Origin: Camelus ferus
Taxonomy: Eukaryota
Reading direction: 5' to 3'
Length of the DNA: 64,000 nucleotides
NCBI RefSeq assembly: GCF_009834535.1
Contig: NC_045697.1
Coordinates: 97,404,001 to 97,468,000 of the forward strand
The number at the start of each line of letters is the position of its first letter. The stretch's first letter is position 1. Positions 51,632 to 64,000 of this stretch are shown here, piece after piece. Made by a program: the position numbers and the translations under genes. The notes beneath the pieces were generated by a model. It was not told where the DNA came from. It was given only the letters and a program-made list of their open reading frames with translations, and did not search any database.

Positions 51632-52080
51632 TGTATCAATTCACAATTGCTTCAGTAAACCTGCATGACACGCAACCGCAAGTTCTGAGCAGCACACAAA
51701 GTAAGAATTGGTTTATCTCATGCATCTGTGGGACATCTTCGGGCTGGTTAACCTGGCTTGGGCCCACCTGGGGCAGCTCTTCTCCACGTGTATGTCATCT
51801 CCCTTTGATGAGCTGGATATTCAAGGCGAGGCCTTCTCCTGGCAATGGGAGCGGTTTCGGAAAGCAACTTGAAAGCTGTAAGACTTCTTGAGGCAGAGCC
51901 ACAGAGCTGGCGCATTGTCATTTCTGCCGGATTCTGTTTGCCAAAGCAAGTCACGAGGCCAAGACCAAAGTCAGAAGAAAGAAAATATGCTATTTCCTGC
52001 TAGAAGGAGGAGCTACCAAAGTCACGTGGCAACGGCAAGCATATAAGAACAGGCAGAGCAGGGAAGTCCTTGATGCAAGT
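51632..52080 (-). mobile_element. MaLR LTR (MLT1H/I-like)
   Basis: tgtatcaattcacaattgc...ctccacgtgt..gtcatc...gagctggcgcattgtcatttctgcc..attctgtttgccaaagcaagtcacgaggccaag...aaagtcacgtggcaa. Confidence 0.8.
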
Positions 52081-54054
52081 CCTTAGAGCTGGCGTGGTCT
52101 CTTACGGACGTGAAAAGACTGCAGAATCGTCTCACTCCAGGCCAGAGTGTTTAAGGATTTATCAGCTATCAAATATAGTCTATTGAATCTTATAACCCCT
52201 GTGAAAAACCTCAATTGCCAGTAGTTTGAGGACTCTTCAGGCAACGGTGGTAATGTAGTTTGGAAGACTTAAAGAGGTACTGAAGCATCTGCTGTGCTGT
52301 TTAAAGGATTAAGAGGTACGTGATGTCTTGGTCAGATGGATTTTTTTGCACGTACACTACCCTCTCCTTTTTTTTTTTTTTTTTTTTTGGAATGAGAAAA
52401 GAATTTAAAAATGACTCAACTAGAGAATAATTAATATCCTAATAATTTAAACTTCTTCCGTGTCCCTCGTCCTTTCATTTGGTAAAATAGCTATCATCAC
52501 TTACAACTAAAACTTCACATTCATATTGTGCTTGAATTTTTATGAAATGGTCTCACATCTATTATCTCAATTGATTCCAAATAATCTTATTACATGAGAA
52601 AGCCAGAGCTTAATCACACTGAATTCCACATGAACCCACCTAATTACGGGCACTTTGCTGGTTTCAGAATTGTTCAAATCTGAAGTCCTCCATTCCCCTT
52701 TCACTTCTCAGTTTCCTCTTCTCTGAAGCCTTTCTACTCCTCCACATTTTTTTCCCCAATCTCTCACTGATCCTAACAACTACCCTGTATAGTTGGTTCT
52801 CATTTTCCAAATGATGTTGCCCAGGGCGCAACTCTGGCCATCTTCCCACTTGCATGGGAGGGAGAGAGCAAACAGGTGCTGCAGTTAGAGACATGTAGGC
52901 ATACTGGGTGGGAAAAAACCACACTTCACCTGGCCAGGGCTTTGGGGCCTCCGATAAGTCTTCCCAAAGGATTTACCTGTGCCCTATTTGCAGAAAATAG
53001 TCAACTCAAAATCTTTTCTGGAATAGGAATAAAAAGGTAAAAAAAAAAAAAAAAAATACTAGTATTGTGTATTGTGCTTGTGTTGGAGGTGGAATAGTGG
53101 TGATATCTGCAAACAGTAAAAATACAGAATGCAGGTGGGTGTTCCTTGTTTGACTGTTTTTTTTGCATCTTAAATGAGAAACCTGTGCATCTGCCACATA
53201 ACCACCTTTATACCTTAGTCCTAGACAGTACCCATCCCTCAAAATGGGCAGGAAAGAGGCTGACTTGGTCTCTTTTCAGTAGAGAATGTTGTCATGTTTT
53301 TTGGTAAACACCAGTAGCCATGAAATTTCTACGTAGGCTTGTTTTGTATACCTTCAGTGGATATGGACATAAGCTCTTTGAAAACATTGCTGTAATCGTT
53401 AGTTATTTCTAAGATACCTACATCATCTTGTGTGAAAAGCTACCATGGGTCTAACCTGCTGGAACTAGTGGGCAGTACCAATTACTTTCATATGTAGTGT
53501 CAGAGTTCGTTGGAAAAGGTGTGATTCTTTTCTTTTTAACAATATCGGAGAACAAAGAAAATAGTGTCTTAGGTGTCATAATCTTTGCAGATATTTTCCT
53601 GTGCTTCTAAGAATTCTGTTTCATTCCTGATGGGTTCAATTTGAGTTCCTTTGGGGAGCTGTGGAGAGGAATTGCTGTTTTGTCTTTCCAATCCATTAAA
53701 TCTTACAAAGAGCCCTTAAGCATATAACCATGTGTACCTGGGGTAAATGCTGAAATAGGTCTCTGTGAACATTAATATATTATTAGGTAGTTTGCTTCAT
53801 GAACAATAATTTTCTTCACATATTGGTTATTATGTTTTAAGAATAGATTTGCTAGAATTCAAGTATTTTTATTAATGTGAAACTCTGCATTTTCTTTGTA
53901 TGTGTTTCTCTGTTACTTTATTTTTTTCAATGTACAACTTTACCATGGAAAATATATATTACATCTAGTAAAGGTGTTAACTGTTACCTTAATTTTCTAG
54001 ACAAAGATCTTTTTACCTACTTTTCTAATTTCTTCTCTAGTAACAATAATGACA

Positions 54055-54285
54055 ATAATTGAACCAGCAGTTATGTGACAGATACATTAATAATGCATAC
54101 TGGCATTATTTCTGTAACTTCTCCAAACATGTAAAGAGGTAGATATTTATTATTTATACTTTACAGAGAGGTAAACTCTTACATAGAGTTTGGGTCACTT
54201 TCCAAAAGTACATAGTAAAATACGAGAAAGAGCCAGGTTTCAAAACCAGGGTCAGCTAATGACATAGGTAATTTTATAAACCATT
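54055..54285 (-). mobile_element. MIR SINE
   Basis: tatgtgacagatacatt...gaggtagatattta...ctttacagagaggtaaact...tcactttccaaaagtacatag...agagccaggtttcaaaaccagg. Confidence 0.75.
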
Positions 54286-56337
54286 TATTAATACCCAGAA
54301 CTGTATAAGAAACTTTAGAGTAATATGAGCACAGACTGTACATTAAAAAAAATTTTTTTTTCCTATCCTAGCCTAAGAAATCGAAAAGCATGTTGATACT
54401 GGAGAGAGCTGCTTTCACAGAGTACAAAATAAATAAAACAATATCTTAAGTAAAAATGTATGGGGAGAAACTTTTCTTTTCTCCAACTACTTGAACACTC
54501 TCCTGTATGTTCCTGTGTCTGGTGCAGGAAGACAGGACCAATTGTTGGACAGAAAGGAACTAAGTTGAGAGGATAATGTCATCTCATCAATGTCACAGAA
54601 ATCTATTACTTATAAAGCAGTGGGGCCCAGAAGGAATGGCCCCACCAAGAAAGAGCAAGCTGTCTCATTGGCCAGGGGATTATAATAGCTCCTAATGTGA
54701 TTAAGTACTCTACCTCACAGCAAAACAAAACACGTTATACCAGCACCGAGGCGGGGCTGTCAGCTTGTGGTGATGGAGCCAACAGTGGGGCTATTTATTC
54801 CACAGCACACATGACACATTCAGCTAAAACCATAGGGGGGCACATGTTCAAACAAGGCCTCATAGATCTCATTATTTAGCAAGAGGATTTGTGGATATCA
54901 AGTCTCATGCATGAAAAATCTACAGCTAGGTGACCAGTTTTCCATGTGACAGAGCAATTGATTGAACTTTTAAAAACTGAGCAAAACAGTGCAAATGATT
55001 TGGCAACTTTCATAGTTTTTTTTTTTTCTCTTCTATCTCTGCTTTGTCAAAAAGAACACATTGGTAAACTAAAACTAATGGTACATTTACAGAGTGTGAA
55101 ATGATGATATGATACAAAGTGAATTTAAAAAATTACAAGTCATCTATATTTGGTGAAATTTGTATGTCAGGAATAATACTGTAAAAGTGAATGGAACCAG
55201 CACTGTCCCTGGAATGTAGGAAAGACATCTTGAATGTGTCTTGAATCTGATGGAACAAGCTGCTCTGAAAAGGACTTAGTTTTAATTATTAAACTGCTGC
55301 TATCATGCAGAGGCTCTGTGGGCAGAATTGTATAATTTTGCTCTCCTTAGTGGTGCTGGAACCAGGTTATAAAATATGCATGCTTTATTTATTTATTTTG
55401 TCTTGAAATTAGTGGCTAAAGCCTTGTTAATTTCATAACCACGGGCTTGCTCATTTCCTTTCCTCTCTTTCTGAATGTGGATGAGGGTTTTTATTCAGGA
55501 GCATAAATTCTGTGATGCCATTTTGCTCACATGAAGTTGAATTTTTGCCAGGTGCTATGTTAGATGCAATCACTGCTGGGGATTCTGTGGGTGTTACTGA
55601 AAACTACTTGGACAGAAAAACAATATGTTGCCTCAGTACAGGCTGAGAAAGTGGTGATGCAGGGGCACAAGGGAGTGCTTTGCAATATGTGGCAGTGGCT
55701 GGAACTCTTTCTGCTTCATTTGCAACTTGAACATCTCCACTCAGAGCTTTGTCACTTTATAGTGATGATATTTGGGCCGAAACTTCTTAGACTGATTTCT
55801 TAGTTTAGACGTTTCTCCTTACTTAGCACCTACTACTCCATTAATTTTTAACACTGTTTAAAGACAGGAAGTCTGTTTAAAAATGTGAAAATCAATAATG
55901 AAATGATCAAGGAACACGAAGTCTTGATAGAAAATTCTTAAAAGAATTAAAAGAGCTTTAGCCTATAATAAAAATAGAAGCTTCTCTTCCTGTTTTCTCT
56001 ATTTTCTTTCTTTTTTTCTGAACTCTTAGTATATGTCTTTTGCTTCTCTCAACTGGGGACATAAAGGGACCATCTGTTCCTTAGCTGTTCTCCACATCAA
56101 TGACTTTCAAATTTTTTTTTTTTTTCAGTTCCTCTCTCACTCTTAGTTCTGGCTCCTTAATTCAACTAGTTAAATAGAATTTCCCACTTAGATCGAGTGC
56201 CTACAACTTACTTTACTTTTTAAAAATAAACAATAAATTTATGAATAAAGTGTATTTATTGAATAATGCAGTTTTTTTATAAATTTATAGTTTTTAAAAT
56301 TTCAAACTCAAACATATATTTCTTTTGAAATCAAAAG

Positions 56338-56449
56338 TAGGGTGACCAACCTTCCTCATTAGCTTGAAACTGTCCAATTTTAGTACTGAAAGGCTTGTGC
56401 CCTGAGACAGCTAAGAATCCCAGGCAAACCAGGATAATTGGTCATCCTA
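56338..56449. mobile_element. MER81-like hAT-Blackjack MITE
   Basis: Terminal inverted repeats tagggtgaccaa / ttggtcatccta; internal actgtcc..ttttagtactgaaag...tcccaggcaaaccagga. Confidence 0.85.
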
Positions 56450-57202
56450 AGAAGATAACAGTAGTTCTAAACATCCTGGCAGCCAACGCAAAGATAAAAA
56501 GTTGCTATTTATCATGTTGCTCTTAAAGTTGGAATAAAATATATCAGTTCTTCTGTGAAACCTGATGTGTATATGTGTGTGTTGTTTGCTTATTTTATTG
56601 TTAACTACTAAATTTGAAGAAAAGTTAGGTAAAGCATTATATAGGAGGCACTGAGTAATACTTAGGATTCTATGTCAGTTTCTCAAGAGAACCAAAAAAC
56701 CAGATATAAAACCTATAGGGCTAGTTCTTACATTGATTTTTGGAAAAGGAAAAATCTAAGCCTGGATTGCATGTAAGGAAGGTAATTCTGTGGGCATCTA
56801 AGGAGCTGATACCACTTTCTGGCCAGTTATGTATATAAAAATACGTGAAGAATAAGCAGCTAATATCTCCGTAAGCTATCATCCGATAACACTGATTTCT
56901 CTCTGCTAGATATTTCCTTGGACCTGGATAGCAGAGTTGGAGGTTCCTTGTTTAATCGGGGGCCTTACTGCTTGGTATTCTGGACTGCTTAAGACAGATC
57001 AGTCAGTGTAATAGCTTTGTGTTATCTAAAGCAGTGAATCGAAGCCCTAGTCCACCCAAATGTTATTACCACTTAAACTTTTCCAGTATTTTCATAAGTA
57101 AAAAATTCCCAGGTGTAATCAGGTGGTTCATATTTTCCATGTGTCTTCCTGGTCTTGCTGCCTCTCAGGATGAATCTGATCTCTTACAACTAAGAATCAA
57201 CT

Positions 57203-57500
57203 AATTCATTTTTTAATTCCATGCATATTTGCTGAGCACTTACTCTGTGCCAGTTACTATTGTGAGTACCAGAGATATAACAGTGCACACACACAGGCGA
57301 AAACCCCTGTGGTCAGGCAGCCTACAATCTTCTGGGTTGATAGAGACAATAAACTAACAGCAGGGTGGTGATCAATTCTTTGGAGAAATGGAGATTGGAA
57401 GAATTGGGAGGGTGTTTCAATTTTAAATAGTCACACTGGATAAAGGCCTAGAGCAGATGAGACAGCAGGCCATGGTGGTAGAAGGGGAAGCTCTGGGCAC
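57203..57500 (-). mobile_element. L2 LINE 3' end
   Basis: catatttgctgagcacttactctgtgccag.tactattgtgagtaccagagatataacagtg...cctacaatct. Confidence 0.8.
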
Positions 57501-58118
57501 TCGTGCAGCTCTTTTTTTGATACGGTTTTTTTTTTGCATCACTACACTCTAAGTACCCATTGCTTGGGTGTAATACAAATAGATCAATCTCAAGGCCTCA
57601 GTTAAAAATATGGACCATTAAAACAATAAACTAGGCACAAGATTGGCATCTTCATCTTTCATACACTGAAACTGGAAAACAGCTATAATTCTGATAAACA
57701 AATTTGCTTGTTGCTTGTCTCATGGCCACAATGAATGGAGTGGTATTATGAAAAATACTGCTGAATTAGAGGGTCAGGAGCCAAGATTCTGTTTGTGGCT
57801 ACACTTCTAGTTATGACTGTACAGTTCATATTCTGATTTTGTTTATTACTTTATAAATGATAGAGAATGTCAAGGTGCATTCTACAGCAACTTACAGTTC
57901 TGGAATGACATAATCTAAGATTCTGGAATTAACTTGTACCAATTCAAATCATCACTCTAGTGTAGAGAAAAATAATACTTCTCATGACTACTCCCTTCCC
58001 ACCTCAGAAATTTACTATCCTAATATGCTGACAGAGCTAGCTAAAAAACACCCTAGGGAGGTTGTGCCCTGCAGTGTGAAACAGAAAATTCCCAGTAGAC
58101 CTCTCTTTTAACACATTA

Positions 58119-58658
58119 TGTTAGGCAGAATTCTAAAATAAATGACAATGATCTAAGCCCTTGTATAACCTCTCCTTCATCGTGGGCAGGTCCTGTGAAT
58201 ATGATGGGATATCACTCCCAAGATTATGTTATTTTATATGGCAAAAGTTAAAGGCTTTAATTAAGGACTCTAATCATTTGACTTTGAGTTAATAAAAAGA
58301 AAGATGATCCTGACTGGGCCTAACATAATCAGCTAAGACTTTTAAAACCAGGATTAGGTTTTCCCTGAATTCAGAGATGCTGTAAAGAAGCAAGCTCCCA
58401 TGAGCTGTATATCTACAGAAAATTTAATTCTGCCAGCAATCTGATGAACTTGGAAATGGGTTCTTATCTAGTCCAGCCTTCACATGAGACCCCAACCCCA
58501 GATGACACCTAGATTGGAGTCTTGTAAGACCCCAGGGAGAGGACCCAGCTAAACAGTGCCCAGAATCCTAATTCATAAAAACTCAAAGATAATAAATGGG
58601 TTGTTTTAAGTTACTCAGTTTGTGGTGATTTATTATGCAGTAATAAGAAACTAATACA
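58119..58658 (+). mobile_element. MaLR LTR, MLT1E-like, near full length
   Basis: tgttaggcagaattctaa...gtgggcaggtcctgtgaatatgatgggatatcactcc...aattctgccagcaatctga...gaggacccagctaa...ttgttttaagttactcagtttgtggtgatttattatgcag...ctaataca. Confidence 0.9.
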
Positions 58659-58849
58659 TCAGTGAAATGAAATTGGTACAACGATGCCATCTAATTTAAA
58701 AAAAATCAAAATACATTGAAGGCCAAAATCTCATTCACTGTCATATCATAGATGAGACACTTAATATTTCAGTGAATTTTCTTCTAGTACATTTTTAAGA
58801 ATAGTTGTTGTTTTCAATACCAAGCACAAACGTACTACCACTTTATAGC

Positions 58850-59133
58850 ATTTGTTCTAGCTGCAGAGGGCTGTGGGCCCATGGGCTTTGGCAGATGGAA
58901 AGATTTGTTGTGGCTAGCTGAACTACTCTTCCCCTGTCAATACCCAGCCTTGAGGCTACTGGTCAGTTGTGTCATTGTCACCTGTTTTGAACAATTTTCT
59001 AACTTAAAGTGAAAGCAACAAATTTCTGATTCTCAGAACTGAGAACTGAGGCAGCAAAGCTGAAAGCTAATGACATCCCGCCTACATCCCAGTTATAACC
59101 CCTGTAAGCCTTTCAGTGATTTTTATAAGCTCC
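58850..59133 (+). mobile_element. ERVL-type LTR (LTR33/LTR16-like), left part, split by L1
   Basis: ...gtgatttttataagctcccaaaccc continues after the L1 as taaatctctttctgc..aattacctagtgtggtttctattttc...gataca (62267-62326). Confidence 0.55.
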
Positions 59134-59148
59134 CAAACCCTTGTTTTA

Positions 59149-62100
59149 TTTATGTGTTTATTTTGTTTTACTATTTTATTTTATTTTTATTTTGTATTGG
59201 AGTATAGTTGATTTACAATATCATGTTTGATTCAGGTGTACAGCATTGTGATTCACTATTTTTGCAGACTATACTCCATAATAGGTTATTCCAAGATAAT
59301 GAGTATAACTCCCCATGCTATACAGTTAATCTTTGTTGCTTAACTATTTTATATATAGTAGTTTGTATCTATTAATCCCATGTCCCTAGTTTGTCCCTCC
59401 CCTTTCCCTCTCCCCTTTGCTAACCGCAGGTTTGTTTTCTATACCTGTGAGGCTTCTTCTGTTTTGTATATGCAGTCATTTGTATTATTTTTTTTTTTGA
59501 TTCCATGTATAAGTGATAGCAGATAGTATTTGTCTTTCTCTGGCTTATTTCACTAAGCATAATATCCTCTAGGTCCATCCATACTACTGCAATTGGCAGT
59601 ATTTCATTCTTTTAATGGCTGAGTAATATTCCATTTTATATATATGTGTGGGTGTGTGTCTATATGTGTTTATATATATCACATATTCCTAGTGTAATCA
59701 TCTGTTGATGGCCAAAAGGGTTGCTTCCATGTCTTGGCTATTGTAAATAGTACTGCTATGAACAGTGGGGTGCATGTATCTTTTCAAATTAGTGTTTTCA
59801 TTATTTCCAGATATATATCTGGAAGTAGAATTGCTGGATTATACAGTAGTTTTATTTTTTAGTTTTTGAGGAACCTCCATACTATTTTCCATAGTGGCTG
59901 CACCGATTTACATTCCAACCAACAGTGTATGAGGGTTCCCTTTTCTCTACATCCTCTCCAACATTTGTTATTTGTAGACTTTTTGATGATAACCATTCTG
60001 ATAGATGTGAGGTGATATCTCATTGTGGTTTAGATTTGCATTTTTTTAGTGATTAGTGATGTTGAGCATTTTTTCATGTGCCTATTGGCTATTTCTGTGT
60101 GTTCTTTGGAGACACATTTATTCAGGTCCTCTCCTCATTTTGACTGTTGTTTTTGGTTTCTTTTTTAATATTGAGTGTATGAGCTGCCCTTGTCAGATGC
60201 ATCATTTGCAAATACTTTCATCCATTTTGTAAGTTGTCTTTTCATTTTGTTGTGATTTCCACTGCTGTGCATTTTGTTTACTTAGGTCACATTTGTTTAT
60301 TTTTGTTTTTATTTCTTTTGCCTTAGGAGCTGGACAGATTAAGAAAATAGTGCTGTGATTTTTGTTAAAGACTGTTCCACCAGTATTCTCGTCTAGGAGT
60401 TTTATGGTTTCAGATCTTACCTTTAGGTCTTTAAAACATGTTTAGTTCATTTTTGTATATGGTGTGAGAGAATGTTCTAATCTCATTGCTGTCCAGTTTT
60501 CCCGGCACCACTTGAAGAGACTGTCTTTTCTCCATTGTATATTCCTGCTTCCTTTGTTGTAGATTAATTGACCATGTGTTCATGGGTTTATATCTCACCT
60601 CTCTATGCTGTTCCATTGATCTGTGTGCCTGTTTTTGTGCCAGTACCATGCTGCTGTTTTGATTACTGGAGTGTGAAGTCTGGAGGGTATACCTCTAGCT
60701 TTGTTCTTTTTCCCTCAAGTTTGGCTTTGCACTTAAGGGTCTTTTGTGGTTCCACATAAATTTTAGGATTATTCATTTTAGTTCTGTGAAAAATGTCATG
60801 GATTTTTTGACACAGATTGTATTAAATCTGTACTTTGGGTAGTATGGTTATTTTAACAATATTAATTCTTTCAATCCAAGAACATCAATCCAAGGATATC
60901 TTTCCATTTCTTTGAATCATCTTCAATTTCCTTCATCAGTGTTCTATAGTTTTCAGAGTATAGGTCATTCACCTCCTTGGTTAAGTTTATTCCTAGGTTT
61001 TTTTTTTAATGTCATTTTAAATAGGATTTTTTTTACTTTCTCTTTGATATTTTATTAATAATGTAATGTTAATGTATAGACCCACAACAGATTTCTGTAT
61101 ATAAATCTTGTATCCTGCAACCTTGCCGAATTCCTTTATTCAATAGTTTTTGGATAGAGACTTTAGGGTTCTCTATATAGAGTATCATGTCATCTGCAAG
61201 TAGTGACAGTTTTACTTCTTCACTTCTAATTTGTATACCTTATATTTCTTGCCTGATTGCTGTGGCTGAGACTTCCAATGCTATGTTAAATAGAAGTGGT
61301 GAGAGTGGACATCCTTTTCCTGTTCCTGTATTTAGCAGTAAGGCTTTCAGCTTTTCACTGTTGAGTATTATGTTTGCTGTGGGTTTGTCAAAAATGGCCT
61401 TTATTATGTGCTGATATGTTCCCTCTGTACGAACTTTGAAGAAAGCTTTTATCATGAATGGATGATAAATTTTGTCAAATGCTTTTTTGGTGTCTATTGA
61501 TATGATCATGTGATTTTTATCCTTCCTTTTGTTAATGTGATATATCACACTGACTGATGTGCAAATGTTGAACCATACTTGGTGACCCTGGAATAAATTC
61601 AGCTTGATCATGTGTGGTGTATGATCCTATATATATATAGTTTTGGATTCAGTTTGCTAATATTTTGTTCAGAATTTTTGCATCTATATTTATCAAAGAT
61701 ATCGACCTGTAATTTTTTTGTAGTGTCTCTTTCCAGTTTTGGTATCTGGTAATGCTGGCCCTGTAGAATAAATTTGTGATTTTTCCCTTCTCTTCAATTT
61801 TTGGAATAGTTTCAGAAGGATAGGTATTAATTCTTCTTTATGTGTTTGGAAGAATTTGCCTGTGAAGACATCTGGTCTGGACCTTTGTTTTCTGAGAGTT
61901 TTTCTGTTTGTTTTTGTTTTTTTTAAACAAATTCAGTATCACTTCTAGTGATCTGTCTGTTCAGGTTGTCTATTTCTTCTTGACTTAGTCTTGGAAGGCT
62001 TTATGATTCTAGAAATTTGTCCGTTTCTTCTAGGTTGTACAATTTGTTGGCATTTAACTGTTTATAGTATTCTCATAACTTTTTGTGTCTGGGTGTTATT

Positions 62101-62251
62101 GGTTGTTATTCCTCCTTTCTTTTTTTTACATTTTGTTTATTTGTGTCCTCTCTCTTTTCCTCTTGGTGAGCCTGGCTAGAGGTTTATCAATTTTGTTGAT
62201 CTTTTCAAAAAAACAGCTCCTGGTTTCATTTAACTTTTTTTTTTTTAACCT
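59149..62251 (-). mobile_element. 5'-truncated L1 (~3.1 kb), artiodactyl-type 3'UTR, decayed ORF2
   Basis: RT remnant [38 protein letters not shown]...[15 protein letters not shown] (61240-61611); ORF2 C-terminal remnants; A-rich tail ~59149-59193; TSD caaaccc(t/a)tgtttta at 59134-59148 and 62252-62266. Confidence 0.95.
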
Positions 62252-62266
62252 CAAACCCATGTTTTA

Positions 62267-62326
62267 AATCTCTTTCTGCAAGAATTACCTAGTGTGGTTT
62301 CTATTTTCTTTAATGATCCAGATACA
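62267..62326 (+). mobile_element. ERVL-type LTR 3' end, right part
   Basis: aatctctttctgcaagaattacctagtgtggtttctattttc...gataca resembles the LTR33-type terminus. Confidence 0.55.
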
Positions 62327-62870
62327 TAACAATACATACTTACTGACATATAATAATGATCTCATTAGCACTAGTTGGTTTAATAACTAATTACTGTTAT
62401 TTTATTATGATTGCTAGTCGTAAGTGAAAACATGAAACTAAAATTTTTTGATCTTTGAAGGTTTTAATCTATATTGATACTTTGCCTGGCTTCACATTAG
62501 ACTTGTGGAGTTGCAAATGTTATTTTATCTTGTTTATACCTTTCTCATATGAAGAAAATCTTTGGCAGGAAGAAGTTAGTTTAGCAGATTCTGGGATGTG
62601 TTTACATAAAGTTATAGTAGCTCAATCTAGGATTCTAACAACTTCTCACTCTCCACATTGCCCTTCACTTCTGACGGATCACCTCTTGGGTGATGATTCA
62701 CAACTAAATAAACGTAGATCTTAGATATCCCCTTAGCCAAAAAGCTAGTTTAATGCTGAGTACATATTATGCACTCTTTGGTTATTCTTTTACTTAAGAG
62801 TTTCATAGTTTCACAAGTAAAAAATGCATAACTAAGCATGGCATAAAGAACATTTACAATGAATAGAGTA

Positions 62871-63170
62871 ATTTTATTTATTGATTTATTTATTTCTATT
62901 GAGATATTGACATACAACATTATATTAGTTTCAGGTATATATCATAATAACTAGATATTTGTATATATTGTAAAATGATCACCACAGTAAGTCTAGTCAA
63001 CACACATCACCTCAGATGGTTATAATTTTTTTCTTGCCATGAGAACTTTTAAGATTTACTCTCTTAGTAACTTTCAAATATGCACTGCAGTATTACTAAC
63101 TATAGTCACTATGCTGTACATTACAGCCCCAGGACTTACTTATTTTTTAACTAGAAGTTTGTACCTTTTG
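62871..63170 (-). mobile_element. L1MA9-like 3' end
   Basis: tattgagatattgacatacaacattatattagtttcagg...aatgatcaccacagtaagtctagt...gagaacttttaagatttactctcttagtaactttcaaata...ctagaagtttgtaccttttg. Confidence 0.85.
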
Positions 63171-64000
63171 GCTGCCAGAAGTCCTTTTTGTAGTGTGATA
63201 GAGAGACAGAAGCCTATGTTTTCTGAGACCCCTGAAATACACATGTAGGTGCCTAAATTCTCTCCTATTCTTCAAGGCTCCCATGTTCTTCTCACAGCTT
63301 TCATGTAACTGATGCTATAAAGACAATATTTCAAATCTTTACCCTCACCCCAAATATTTACGTGAACAAATACTCAATATACATCTCCAATTAGACTAAT
63401 TTATCTACCCCTTAGACTGCAAGGTATGGGGATGTGTATTAAGAATCTTTTAGTTCTCAAGGACTTAACTAGCCTGCCTTGAGGCAGGCTATCTGACCCC
63501 ATCAGACACATGAAATGAAGGCTATTCAGAAAAAGACCATCTTGTGGTACTGAATATGAAATCTGCTGTCTGACAGAGTGAAGCATAACCACTTAGCTAT
63601 TTCTTTCAAGCTCCTTCTCCCCTACAAAAGGCTATTCTTTGTCCTTATAGTTCAGTTCACATCAGTATAATGCAAACCTTTGATGTCTAAAGCTGGTTTA
63701 AGTACAGCACAGAAACTGTGTATGTATGCTGCAGTGATCAAACAATATATCTATGTCTTGAATAGGGATCGACTAATTTAATAGAGACATTTTAATATAT
63801 CATGTCTCAAGTATAATTCATAAGAAAAATCTGAAAGCTTTACATCAAAACCTCTGACAGAAAAAACTGTTAAATGAAGAATTTGTAATAGCAAGAAAAG
63901 CTTAATGTTTATGTGGCTTTATTTTACATTTAATTAAATGTCACTCTTGTTGGACAGAAAAGAACATACAATTGAATTTTACCAGTTTCTTTACAGTGTT

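Noticed and set aside
52367..52388. Poly(T) tract as a retrocopy tail (also A-run near 53039-53057)
   Set aside because: No adjacent element body or TSD found; treated as simple homopolymers.
61240..61611. Active reverse transcriptase gene
   Set aside because: Fragment of a 5'-truncated L1 ORF2 with stops and frameshifts on both sides.
1..64000. Novel multi-gene system or host-gene identification
   Set aside because: No intact coding exons, CpG island or operon-like organisation; the sequence alone does not identify the surrounding gene.

Overview
AT-rich mammalian genomic DNA with no CpG island and no protein-coding exon of an intact gene that I can recognise, so probably intergenic or deep intronic. 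Its tRNA-derived SINEs (vic-1-like) and young L1 3' ends suggest a camelid (camel/llama/alpaca); I saw no Alu, Bov-A, PRE1 or Can-SINE. The window is mostly transposable-element debris: MIR, L2, old L1M, MaLR (MLT1), ERV1/ERVL LTRs and hAT MITEs. Main features: (1) a full-length U6 snRNA-L1 chimeric retrocopy with TSD (12033-12318); (2) a 5'-truncated processed pseudogene, most likely POLR1E/PAF53, nested in an L2 (34422-34846); (3) a 2.8-kb two-LTR internally deleted provirus with tRNA-Leu PBS, PPT, gag and env-TM remnants and a leader array of alternating complementary motifs (38677-41486); (4) an L1 stub with a very long (~65 bp) flanking duplication (26006-26315); (5) a 3.1-kb truncated L1 splitting an ERVL-type LTR. 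The supplied ORFs appear spurious or TE-derived. I found no evidence for a new multi-gene system; the ERV leader array is the least explained structure. Repeat and gene names come from recall of consensus sequences, not database searches, and boundaries of old repeats are approximate.
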